Positions 50,002-62,154 of a stretch of DNA of 64,000 nucleotides are shown here, piece by piece; position 1 is the first letter of the stretch; each line of letters opens with the position of its first letter. Position numbers and translations under genes: made by a program. Below the pieces are notes generated by a model, which searched no databases, was not told where the DNA came from, and worked only from the letters and a program-made list of their open reading frames with translations. Origin of the DNA: Vicugna vicugna (lineage: Eukaryota); NCBI GenBank assembly GCA_013265495.1, contig MU058337.1, forward strand, positions 64,001 to 128,000, in the 5' to 3' direction.

Positions 50002-50400
50002 CTTTCCATCTCAGGCAGAAATCCTGCCATGGGGTTCCAGCATTCTCTCCTGCTACCGCGGTCGTCCCCAGCAAATGCATTATTTAGAGCTTTGACTCAG
50101 GTAACAGTTTGCCTCAGGAGGCATTATTGAACCCGGGCTCTGCTCCATGATCGTGCAGAAAGCTTCAAACTCACTCCCAGCCAGCAGCTGGGGGAAGACA
50201 AGCCTCTGCCGGGGTCTGAGCCACCGCCGCTGCACGTGCTATTGTAGCGCCTTGATTGACAGGGCGCCCGGTGCCACGGCCCCGGGAACAGTCGGCTGTG
50301 ATTGGCGCCGGCGTGCAAGCGCCTTCTGCCGGCACGAGGTGTGCTGCACTGCAGCTCTCCCTCCCGGTCCTGCCTCTTCACGGCTTTTCAACAGCTTTCA
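50002..50400 (-). promoter_or_regulatory. MYO16: MYO16 exon 1 5' UTR and proximal promoter, CpG-rich
   Basis: Local CpG/GC enrichment at 50200-50380 just upstream of the start codon. Motifs: CCAAT box (TGATTGGC 50299-50306), PBX-PREP/MEIS decamer TGATTGACAG 50253-50262, E-box CACGTG 50233-50238, AP-1 TGACTCA 50093-50099. The TSS cannot be placed from sequence. Confidence 0.7.
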
Positions 50401-52061
50401 GATGGCAGCCCACTGGCTAGGGAGGGGCTGGAGGGAAACGACTCAAGGAGGCACCGAAACCTTATGTGTGCACATTGTCCAGAGAAGAATGGGACCAGAT
50501 CCTGAGCTGGTCCCAGAGCTGAGTATTTTTAGTTGCCACCGGTTGCTGTGTGTGAATACGAAATGGACAGCAGAATCTCAAAATAACCACCCTTAGAATC
50601 GGAGCTCTTTTGATACGCCTCTCCAAGCGAAGAAATTCCGTTACCTTTCACAGCACAGCTTTTTGGTTTTCTATGCAGAGTGTACGACTTAAATTATCTA
50701 CCAAAAGCTTTGGTTTGCCCAGCTTTGCAAATTTAGGTTTTTGCTTCCTCGGCAGAATGCAATGAATTCCACTGCCCCACCAGGCGAGGTAATTCTCTCT
50801 GAACTGGGATCAGAAAGAAAGAAAGAAATAGTCTTCAAGGGATGGCAATAAAAATAAGCACCATGCTCATGATGTGACAGCCACGTCAGCCAAGGAAAAG
50901 GTCGTATTTAGGCTGCTTACAAATGCAAATCATTATTTTTTTTAATTAACACTTTTTAATGATCTAAAAAAATTTTGACATAGTCTAGAATTTGTGTTTC
51001 AAATTTTGAGGTCCTGGAAAGATAACGATGAACCACGTGTTAAATATTGTACATCCTTCAAAGACCAGAAGCCCAGAAGCCCAGGTCTTGGATTCCCTTA
51101 CTAAGCAAAACTCAAGGAGTAACGCCTTCATTAAACACAAAGATTTTAAAGTTCAAACCTATGTAACAAAGGTCACGACTGAAATTTTCACTGAGGAATG
51201 CTATTTTTGGAGGACAATGTGGAAGAAAAAGTTCAGGGTTTGGATCAGAAAGGCCTGAGTTCACATCCAGCTTCTACCACGTGCTTTAGCTTCCCAGAGC
51301 CTCAGCGTCCTCGCCCACAGAGGGAAGTACAGTTCCTAACCTTTATTCTGAAGGTTAGAAAAATGCATACACGTATTCTAGTGGATATTGTTGGTTTTCA
51401 ATAAAAAGGTTCTGTCAGCATTAACAAGAAACCAATATTTAGCCAAATATCAAATGACTGCCATGGACACTTCAACTTGTTTTCCCAAGAATTAGAATGA
51501 GGGTTTTCAGCCCTTTTCAGTAATGCATTTTCCTATTTGTCCGTTTATTCCAGTTAATTACTGAGAGTCATTGTTATCAAGTCACCATTTTAAGTGCTTC
51601 TCAGGAATAAAAATATGACTAAAATATTCCTTTATTTACAAGGAATATAGAGTTTACTGTTTAAGAGCTCCTTGTGTTTTGAAATGTTTCCTAATAAAAC
51701 CATGAGAGACAACAATTTACATATGTTATCCAACAGAGATCCAGGCTCTCTCCTCTCGCCTCAATACAAGTCTTCACATATGCAGGCAGTAAGGATGAGT
51801 GTGGGTAAGTACAGTGTCCCTTCGGGGAAAGCGCTATCCATCTAGGTATGCCTGACCCTCCTCTTGGCAGAAAGGTCGGTATGTTACCTGTATACACTCC
51901 TTAAATACAGGTATTCCTTTGCTTTCTGCAAATTGCATACCTCTACATAATACATACTCAACAAACATCTTAAGACAAGTGAGTTCTATAACACCATTTA
52001 CTCACTGAAAGAAAAAAATACATAATGTGTGAGAGTCAAAGAAGCATGATGTGCTTGGCAA

Positions 52062-52552
52062 ATCAACAGATGACTAGATAAAGAAGTTGTGGTTTAATCT
52101 ATACAATGGAATACTACTCAGCCATAAAAAGAATAAAATAAAGCCATTTGCAGCGACATGGATGGACCTGTAGAATGTCATTCTAAGTGAAGTAAGTCAG
52201 AAAGAGAAAGAAAAATACCATATGATATCACTTATATGTGGAATCTTAAAAAAAAAAGAGATAAACAAACTTATTAATGAAACAAACAGACTCACAGACA
52301 TAGAAAACAAACTTATGGTTACTAGGGCGGAAGGGGATGGGAAGAGATAAATTGGGAGTTCAAGATTTGCAGATACTAACTATGATATATAAAAGAGATA
52401 AACAACAAGTTTATACTGTAAAGCACAGGGAACTATATTCACTATCTTGTAGTAACTTATGGTGAAAAAGAATATGAAAATGAATATATGTATGTTACTA
52501 TATGACTGAAGTATTGTATTGTACACCAGAAATTGACACAACATTGTATAAG
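52062..52552 (+). mobile_element. Lineage-specific L1 3' end
   Basis: acagatgactagataaagaagttgtgg...aatggaatactactcagccataaaaa...cagacatagaaaacaaacttatggttac...gcacagggaactatattc...attgacacaacattgta. Confidence 0.9.
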
Positions 52553-55500
52553 AACCATTACCAAAGTCCCTTGTGAGAATTAATATGTCAAGGACTTATG
52601 ACCAAATATGTTTATTATTCATTTATTCCCTAAGTATTTGGCAAGTCATTGTTTTTTGGTACTTGAGGTACACTGGGAAAGATGACTTCATCCCTGCCCT
52701 TAAAGTGCTAGTGGTCTGGTGAAATACAGACCATCAAGTTAGCACAGTGTAGTGTGCTGAGAATTACAGGACAAGAATTGGAGACCTCTAAAATGATATG
52801 TAGGAGCAACAGCCAATCCACTTAGGGTTAAAGGAGGCTATCCCAAGAAAGTTATTCTTAGTTTTATCAAAATATTTAGAATCTGGTTCATATGCATGAA
52901 CTGTATGTACATAAAATTCCCCCAGATTAAGTTTCTCTCATCATTCTGTCTCTGGGAACTACACACTCATACTTAAATCACTGATGGAACAACATTCAAC
53001 CACACAGAAATCTATCTTTATATTTTCCATCATTATCAAACAAAAAGTAGCTTCTATTGCAGGCATTATTACTGACAGAAAATAATTTTGGCTCCATTAA
53101 CTTCACTCTCTTTGTAAAGCAGAAAAAAATGGTAATTTAAGATAGACTAAAATTTTTTGATTTCTGTCCATTTCTGTGAAACTCAGCTCAATGTTAGGAC
53201 ATCACATGGATGGCTTTGGGGTCCTCTGAATCTGATATTTTAAATAAGACATCAGACTTAGTGATGACGGTAGTAATAAAGACTTAAATTGGACTAGGTA
53301 CACTGTTAACAATTTATTTTGCAGAATATGATCATTAAGTAAAAAATGGAATCCATGCATTTGAAAGGAATTGTTTTTCATTGCTACAAAACTTACCCAC
53401 TAATAAACAAGTATTTGATTATCTTTTAGAACTATTAGAGCAAACAATTGTTCTCACTGAGTGTCACATATAATATTTCAAAATCAATTTGAAATAATAA
53501 AGAAATTCTTTAATATCTTTTATACAGCAAACAGCTGCTCACTATTCACATTGATTCTGATAAAAACACATGATTTTCTTCTTTTAAATGTTAACATCTG
53601 TACACACCAGATTTTTTCAAATAAGTCTGAATTATTTCCAGACCAAAAAAAAAAAAAAAGAAAGAAAGAAATATAAAACTGGAATGATTCTAGTGACAGA
53701 CAAGCATTTAAAAATTACACACTACCTTATTATTAAATATCTTTTAAAATGGAATGTGTATAATACACAGTTTCAAAATAGTTTTTCTAGTGAAAGCTCA
53801 CAGGTGAGACACTACTCCATTTCCACTCCTGTTTGGAGGATCTATTCTGCCAGTCTTTTTGTAGATAATTCCTAAATCTAACAGTTCTGCATTTCACAAT
53901 TTATTAAATTATGGAGTTAAAACTAAAATTTATAAACACCACTGATTTCAATAGGGTGCTATAAAAATTCCAAATAAGGTTATAAATCACATGCACAAAT
54001 TGTTTGTAAAGCCAGTTCAACCTTGGTGACACAGTAATCTTTGCTTCTGCTCTAGGAATAGGTTGGGGCTTCAAAATATTAGACTTTGATGAAAGAAAAT
54101 CACACACAGGAATAGGGACCTTGATCCCCAAGTAACCCCACAACAAAACTAAATTTATAGAATCACCTCTCACAAATAATGAATGCTTTTGGGTAGATGA
54201 AGTCAAGATCTCCTCTCCTGAGAACAATAATCTGGTTTAATAATGTTGGGCCCTATAAGGCTTAAATGGCTGCAGAGAAGGAAAGATCTGAGTTGTCAAG
54301 AAGAAAAGGTGTAAGTAAACTCAGTTCTTGCTAGATTTTCAGCCTCTCTGGTATCAGGACCAGGATCAAGCCTGCCTTGCCTGATTGATCTGATTCCTGC
54401 CTCTCTGACCATCTACTGACTGTTGGGGCCAATTTGTTTTTCAGCCAGTGTATTCAACCAGTGGCTATCAGATTCAGGCCTCCTCACCTTCAAACAGCCT
54501 CAGAGTCTCCTTCCAGAAAAACTGGACATTTAACATAGATGTAGACCATTGTGGGGCTAACAGAGGAGAGAATTTACAATATAGATCTGCATGACTGGAA
54601 AGAAAATAGAGGTTAACCATAGGCCAGCCTCTCTGTGTCCGCAGAGCAATGAGAAAGCACAGCTTTAGGGCCTAAATATGAATATGCACCATAAGGGCCA
54701 GAAAATACTTATCAGCTCTTACAGGAATATATTCACAGAACAGCAATGTAAAGTTAAAAAAGAATGTAATTTAAAAATTGCTCCACAAATGGTTGAAAAT
54801 TGATCCTTATATAATATGGAGTAATATAACATGTGCATATATTTGCATTGAGATGGAGACATCTCCACACACACAGGCTGCAAAGGATGCTCTAATTGCT
54901 TCATAAGGGGTCTGGTTACCTACAGTCCTTTCGCCATTTTTTCTCTCTAATCCAAATGAAAAGCTTTGAATTCTAATGAGTATCAATTACATTAGCTATC
55001 TAGGAAAGGAAACTTGTAAAACATTTGCAAATTTAGTCACTTGATTGTTAACAACCCTTTTGAAAGCTCTCCAGCCTAAGTTCCAGCTGTCTATCTGCCC
55101 AATTTCAGATATCACTTCACCTCACCAGCGTTTGACCTGGCGAACAGGAGTCTGCATATCTTCACTGTAAGTGAGCAATGGACAGCGTTCGTTTATGCCT
55201 GTGTGACTGCACTTCGGTTTGTGTGCACGTGTGTCATGTGGGTGCAGGCATGAAAATCACTAAGTCTTCTCTACCTTGCTCATCAAGGTGGGACAGACGA
55301 ATGAACACTCACTGACAGTGAAGGTAAGCCTGGAGATCAGTGATGGCCTAACTACGAGAGGGAGTTGGGAAAGGGAGGGCTGGATGGTTGAGCAGATCTA
55401 TACACAGCTGTCAACCGGAAGACCATTATCTGAAGTGTTTTGATAACCTAAAAGATAATGTCAAATCTCCTGAAAGGAAAGGATGAATGAAATTCTGAGT

Positions 55501-56642
55501 CAGTTAAACTTGGACCCTCTCCTTCATACTTTCCCAACTGACATATATTCTTTTAAAAATACATCTCATAAAAAGCACGTCCTTATCTACAATTTAATGA
55601 CCACACACCTATCTACAGACACACTAGGTTACATATTCAAATTCTGTGCATCCTTTGATATTCACTTGAAACCCATTTACCCTACACTCCCCTCAATTGA
55701 TTTTGGCCTAAATAAGTCCTGGCCTTAACTGAACCCTCTATTCACTTTTCCATGTACTAGTCAATCTAGCATCTGATAATACAATGCTTACAATTTTTCT
55801 TTAACTGTATCACATGGAAAACCTCTTTTAAGTTAGATGATTAGTTATTTGAGGTGGAGATCTATGTATTCCCTATGAACTCTAAACCGTCAGTGAACAC
55901 GCAAGGGTCACCAAATGAAAAGCCAGAGTATCAGAATTACTCTAGAACATCTTCTGGGGCACGACACGTAATATCTGGGGGGATCTTTATTAAATGCAGG
56001 ATCACTGAACAGCTGGGAAAACATAATTTACTACACTTGAGAGAGAAGGAGAAGAGGCAAAAGATGGAGGGAAAGATAAGCCTTCTTCCTGGGAGCGTGT
56101 AGGTGCAATACACTTAGCTCATCTGCCTTTTCAATATTCCCTACAAAGGCTCCTTTAAAATGGATCACAGGATGACTTGGGAGCAAGTTAAAACGCTGAT
56201 GACTTTCTTCTTCCAAATGAATTCCCTGGTTGCAGATCTCACTTTGGACTTCAAAGGAAAATGTATAGTTTTGAAATTGGATGGGAGGAAAGGGGCAGAC
56301 AAAATTTTAACAGTTTTTTAAAGTGATTTGGAAAATGAAATGTACACTGTAATATCCAAATTCATAAATAATATTACATGATTTCCCAAACTTAAGGGCT
56401 AAACGTTTTTGGATAAGATGCAATAGCACATATTTTGGGGGGACAATTCTCTATAACTATTTTCACATGTCTACACGGTCAGCACTGTCAGGGCAAGATG
56501 CATCGGCCTCCTTGGTTTAAGGAGAACTGCATAAAATCATGCCTGGGGGGCTAGAGAGAGTGAATAGCTTTGGGGAGATTTGGAGAGTTATCTCCCCCCA
56601 CCAGAGTCATTTGGTTACATTTCAGGGTGATGGAGCTGGACA

Positions 56643-56702
56643 CTCTCTCCTCTCGTGTCCTCTCCTCTCATGTCCTCTCCTCTCTGGGGAAGGTTTACAT
56701 TC

Positions 56703-56733
<31 letters not shown>

Positions 56734-57078
56734 TTATCTCTTGGTAAAGGGGAAGATGTACCCAAAGCCTACAGAAGCTTAGAGTTTTCTAATTCTATGT
56801 TTCCTCTCCTGTGTCACAACCCAGCACATATACAGGGTAATATGAGGCTTTCTCTGCATCGTTCTATGGCCATCAGGGCTTGGGAAACCAGCACTTGGAT
56901 GTTCTGTGAGTAGAAAGTCTGTTTTCTGGTCCATGATTCATGAGCTCGTATTTCCTGTTGAATCTGTCTCTCCTGTTCTTCCCTCTCCCTTCTTCTTTTT
57001 CCTTTTTTTCCTTTCCTCCTCCTCCCCCTTCTCTCCTCCCTCGTCCTCTCTCCCTCTCCCTGTCTCTCTCTCCTTTTC
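56643..57078. repeat. Pyrimidine-rich simple repeats: TGTCCTCTCCTCTC-type units, (TCTG)n(TC)n, and a ~110-nt polypyrimidine tract
   Basis: Read directly at 56643-56685, 56703-56733 and 56965-57078. Confidence 0.85.
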
Positions 57079-58389
57079 GCTCAAATGGATGATTGGAGAA
57101 ACTTCTCACAGGCAAGCAATGAGACAGGTAAGTGCTGCCTACACTGGGTGGGGCTAATGAAACCCTGGAGGATGGCGCATCCTTTCCGTCACCAAGGCTC
57201 TGCCGGTGGTGACCTAGAGAGGCGAAGGCGGAGCAGGTGAGAAGTTTATGAAATGAGTTGAAATGAGCTGGGGACCCAGGAGAGCAAGGATCACCGGTGG
57301 GTGAGCCACCGCCCCTTCCCTGCCCCCTACTCCTTCGTTCTTCCCTTAGGGGAGCTGCACTGATATTCTGCCTCGAGGCCTCCTGATTCTGCATCCTCTT
57401 AAGTTTTATTTATGGCCAACGTGGGCTTTCTCTCAAAATGCTAGTTTGACGCTAATACGACACGTTTACCCTCACACCCAGGAGCATCTGCCATGGTGGA
57501 CATTGCAGCGTGGGGTCCGGCAACCATAAAGGTGCAAAAGAGAAGCGTTCAGAAAAGATTTGCAGGTAGGAAGTGGGATTCTATGGTGGGAAGAGGGACG
57601 AATTTTTATATCTATGGGAATTAAAGGGGCAGAGAGGAGTAGAACTTCAGATTCTTATGAAGCAGCTAAGCTAAGCTATAGCAACTTTATAGACTTTTTT
57701 GGAAAAATTTTTAATTCTCAATAAAAATATTATATTTTCAGATGCTTTCACTTTTAACGTACTGCCTGGAAAGGGATGTCAAAACAAAATTAAATAAAAG
57801 AGGCTTCACACTTTTTGTTCGGCTCTGACCTAAAGGAGAGGTGACTACCGATGGTTCCACAGCTGGAAATCCTTGTGGCGATGAGTGAACGTGTGTACGC
57901 TAACTCCAAAACATTTTTCCTGAACCCATGGGTATGAAATTACACAACGTTGTTGTTTTCAAAGGCTGTTCTGCTTTGACTGAAACATAACAAGAAGTTA
58001 CTGAGCACCTACTAAGTCGTCTATTGTGATGTTTCTTTGTTTACAGCAAAAACAAAGCCGCAGATGGCCTTCACTCTTCCTTTGTGCATGCGCGTGCATG
58101 TTTGAAGCTATTTGTGTGTTCTTGGTTAGTTTGTTTCTGAAGCAGCTTGGCGGTCTCACCTACTTTTCAGCGCTCGGTTGGTTTTATAAAGCATCTGAGA
58201 AAGCTTCAGTTTCACGTATTGTACTTGTGAGCTTAGCAATCGTACGTAACTTACTAACATTATAGAATTATTTCCAAAGCACCAAGAATGTTGATACACA
58301 TCTCTAGAGCCCCATAGGGAGGTGTTAAGTAAGGTGTTTAAGGTAAGTTACAGTGTGATTGGTGTGAAGAAATATCACCGAAATAAAAG

Positions 58390-58670
58390 TCGCACATGAA
58401 GCTGACGGGGGAGATATTTTGGGAGTGTCAAATATATAACTGCATTTACATGAAGTTCAAGAGCAAGCAAAACTTCACTTATGATAGAAGTTTTACAAGG
58501 TGGAGTATTGATGGGGAAGAGGTACTAGGGAAATTTCTAGAGTGGTGGAAATGTTTCATGTTTTGCTCTGGGTGGTGGTTATGCAAATATAAAATACAGA
58601 GATATAGATTTACTGAGCTGTGAAATTCGTGCATTTTAGTGTGTGCAAATTATATTGAACTTTTTTAAGT
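58390..58670 (+). mobile_element. L1ME/L1MD-type 3' end
   Basis: catttacatgaagttcaagagcaagcaaaact...tagagtggtggaaatgtt...ctgggtggtggtta...gtgcatttta. Confidence 0.7.
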
Positions 58671-59611
58671 GTCACAGAAAGTGATGTAGTTCCTAACACA
58701 GCAACAAGAGGTACAGCAAAAGAAAGGTTTCCAAGCTGTATAAAGCTAAGGCAATTCATCCTACCTTGAGTCATTCAACAACCATTGAGGGACAGGCTGC
58801 ATGTCTTACGCAGGTGCATACAATAAAGAGGGAACCATCACTGCCCTTAGAGTGATTTCCTCTCGTGGTAAATAGGTGATCAGAATACAATATGTCAACT
58901 CAGGGAAGAAGGGTGCTCGCAAAGAGCAGAGGAATGACTAAATGACTGTTCCCAGGAGGGGCTCCCAGCACCGGCACCCTCGTGCACTGGGGCTGCTGGG
59001 AGCCAGCTGGTATTTCAGAGCACCTGCACTGCAGGTAAGAAGTGGCTGGAGTTGAACCCATAGAGAAGGACAGGACAAATCACAAAGGACATCACATGTG
59101 GCACAGAGAGCTCCACCACCTCGGCCAGGGCTCATCAGTCTGGAACCCCATTAACTCCCACAGACTCTCAGACTCTCAGGAGGGGGTCCAGAGCTTTTCA
59201 AAGGGGTTCCTGACCTCCAAAATAAAGACCACTCTTGAGACAAAGAGAGTAGATAACAGATTTTGAACAGATGAGCTAAATCGAGAAACTCTGAAAAGAA
59301 CAGTTTTGAGGGAGAGAAGATGGACAGAGGGGAAGTAAGTTAAAAGCTCCTGTAATAGTCCAAGCCGGACATAAAGGGGGCTTGACATCGAGTCAGGGAA
59401 GAGGGGACAGAGCAGATGGGACAGGTCCTCAGGAAGCAGCGATGCTGCGGTTGCCCAGACGGGGAGTGAGACGCAGTGCAAGGGAAGAAGGGAGAAAAGA
59501 CTGACCCGGTCCCCAGGCGTCTGGGAGCTCAGTGAGACCATGAGTGGGACCAGAGAGTGGAGAAAGGAGTGGTTTGGGGGAAAGTCAGTCAGTATTCTTT
59601 GGGGATGAACA

Positions 59612-60258
59612 TGTAACTGAACAGGACCTTCTGGGGCCTTCCTAGGGTTGACCTGCCCCACCCCTCCACCCACCCATGCCCTCTGCCTACCTCTTATCTG
59701 GAGAAAAACTTTAGCCTCCTAGGCCTTTTCCAAGTTCCAACGAATAAATTTAATCAGAGATGTGAGAAAATGTAGAAAGAAAAGAAAACAGTCAAGCAAG
59801 ACGAAATAATAATAGTTTACCCATTAAACAAAATCAAGGACCTTTAGTTCCCCCTCAAAGGTGACAGATACTGTTCTGAGCCATGTCTTTTGAGCTGTTT
59901 TGCAGATCCTGAATCCCCCACGAGGTGGGAGAAGTTAACTGTATGCTGCCCACAAGCACGGAGACCCCAGACCAGCTGGAACCAGAAGGTTGATGATGTT
60001 GACCCCTGATGACCTCACCACTCACCAATCAGAAGAGTGTCCATGAGCTGATCACACGCCCCACAGCCCCCTCCCTCACCCGCCTCCAAAGCCTTTCCCT
60101 GAAAGCCTTCAGGGGGTTCGGGTCTTTTAAGCACCAGCTGCCTGCACTCCTTGCTTGGCGCCTGCAATAAACACGGCACCTCCCTTCACCACCACCCAGG
60201 GTCCGGAGACTGGCTTGACTGTGTGAGGGTGGGTGGACCCAAGTTGGGTTCAGTAACA
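59612..60258 (+). mobile_element. ERV1-type solo LTR (copy C), inserted within L2-like sequence
   Basis: TGTAACTG...GTAACA termini and caataaac near 60166. Long blocks shared with 35881-36488 (agcctcctaggcc, gtgagaaaatgtagaaa, agaccccagac..ctggaaccagaagg, atcagaaga.tgtcca). Confidence 0.88.
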
Positions 60259-60769
60259 AAAAGTCTAGACAGTGTCCTCGATAAAATGTGAAAGTACATG
60301 TAGGAGATATTCAAAATGTTCCTTCAATCCCCATAAAGCCATCCTTTGTTAACTCAACCAGTATTGGCAGTGCTTCTGCCGTGCCCAGGGCCTGTGCTGG
60401 ACTGGAGACTGTGCAGGATGTTCGGGACCGGCATCCTGGCCTCCACTCGTGCCTTCCTTTATTTATCCCTGAATAACTAAACTACCTTCATGGGGTCTGT
60501 ACTACGAGGCAAGGTGCCAGGTTCTGACGCACCAGCAGGGCACAGGTGACGGCCCCTGCCTGTCGGCGCCTGTCGGCTGGAAGGCGGGCACTCGGGCATT
60601 TACAGCGATAGACTGGTAACCACCGAGAGAAAAGGGGTAGAAGCACACAGAAGCACAAGGAAGGCCTCTGCTAATCTAGGGATCAAAGACGCCTTCCCTA
60701 AAGGGCACTCGCTAAGCCGAAGTCTGCAGGACGGAGGGAGGTCAAGGAAGGAAGGGCAGGGTAGGAAAG

Positions 60770-60970
60770 TCTCACCCAGCCCTGTGGTTCTTGGGTTGTT
60801 CCCAGACCGGCAGCATCAGCGTCCCCTGGGAACTTGCCAGAAATGCAGGTTCTCTAGTCCCATCCCATGCACGACGTCAGAATCTCTGGGCGAGGGCCCC
60901 GCCCTCTGGGGGTGTCTAACAGACCCTCTGGGTGATTCTGATGTAAGTTAAGTCTGAGAACTGCTCTCTA
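60770..60970. mobile_element. MER5A-like DNA transposon
   Basis: gtggttct...ccagaccggcagcatcagcgtcccctgggaacttgccagaaatgca...tcagaatctctggg...ggtgattctgatg...aagtctgagaactgct. Confidence 0.8.
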
Positions 60971-62154
60971 GGCAACAAACAAACAAACAAGCAATAAAAG
61001 CAGAACTGCGCCTTCAAAGTCTTGTAGGAGACACAGAACAGAGACAGATTTCGTTCAGGTGCTGAAGAAGCTGAGGCATGGCTGAGCCTGGATGAGGGGG
61101 CTAGGGAGACATGACACCGGAGAAGCAGCCAGGGACCGGATGGCCAAACGGTGTGTAGGTGTTTGGCTTTTACTTGGGGGACAATGGGGAACCATTCAGA
61201 TGTCAAACATTTGAATGCAATGGATAGAATTGCACTTTAGAAAGATCACTTTCACTGTAGTGTGAAGATTGCTTTGGGGTCGGGGCAGAGAGATCACACA
61301 AGAGGGGAGGTGCAGCACTAAGTCTACAGAGAGATGATGCTACCCTGACTCAGGTGATTACACTGGGGTGAAGAATACTAGGTGATGTGATTTGAGATTA
61401 TCCAAAACCTGAAGATATGCAGACCACATGACCTGAGAAATGTGTGCCTGAGGACACCAGGTCAGGTCTCAAGAATGATCCTAGGATGACTGTTTGCAGT
61501 AGCGTCAAATGGGAAATACATCAATTGCTCCCCAGTGGAATGGACAAATTCTGATATACTCAACCAATGTATACTATTCAAAAGAAGAGTTAATGAAAGG
61601 GAGCTACACAATGACATTCGTGAATTTTAAAACTATATCTTATTAAATAAGATTCAATACACAAAACAACTGCATCAAGTAATGTAATGATATAAATTAA
61701 TATAACTTTCCAAACAGGGAAAACAAAACTATAAACTTTTCTGAGTTTTTTAGATTCACATTTAAAAAACAAAATATAAAGGAGGAGATTTTACAGAATT
61801 TGATGGGATTCCTTGCTGGTGGATTGAGAGATTGCAGAAGACAAGGTGATCCTGCCTGCTTAGGACACTTTGAGGACCAGGTTGAGGGCTACAGACATCA
61901 GGTGGAGCTCAGTTTCAGAGAGGGTGAGTTTTAGGGTTGCTTCTTGAAATTTCAGGGATGCATTCTGACAGGAAATGAGTTATTTGGATCTACCTAGCAA
62001 AGAAGAAGGAGAAGGAAGTCCAGATTACAGAATGATATATAAACAGGTCAGAAAAGAGGGAAGTGCATGTTTTAATTTTATAATAGATTATCCAGTATGA
62101 AAGTAGATAGTTGTAGATTAGGTTGTCTGGAAACTAAACCCAGAACAATCTGAA

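Noticed and set aside
56873..57394. Longest ORF in the window (173 aa)
   Set aside because: Kept open by a GA-rich low-complexity tract; no recognisable domain.
59176..59673. 165-aa ORF
   Set aside because: Spans an L2 remnant and the LTR edge; no recognisable protein similarity.
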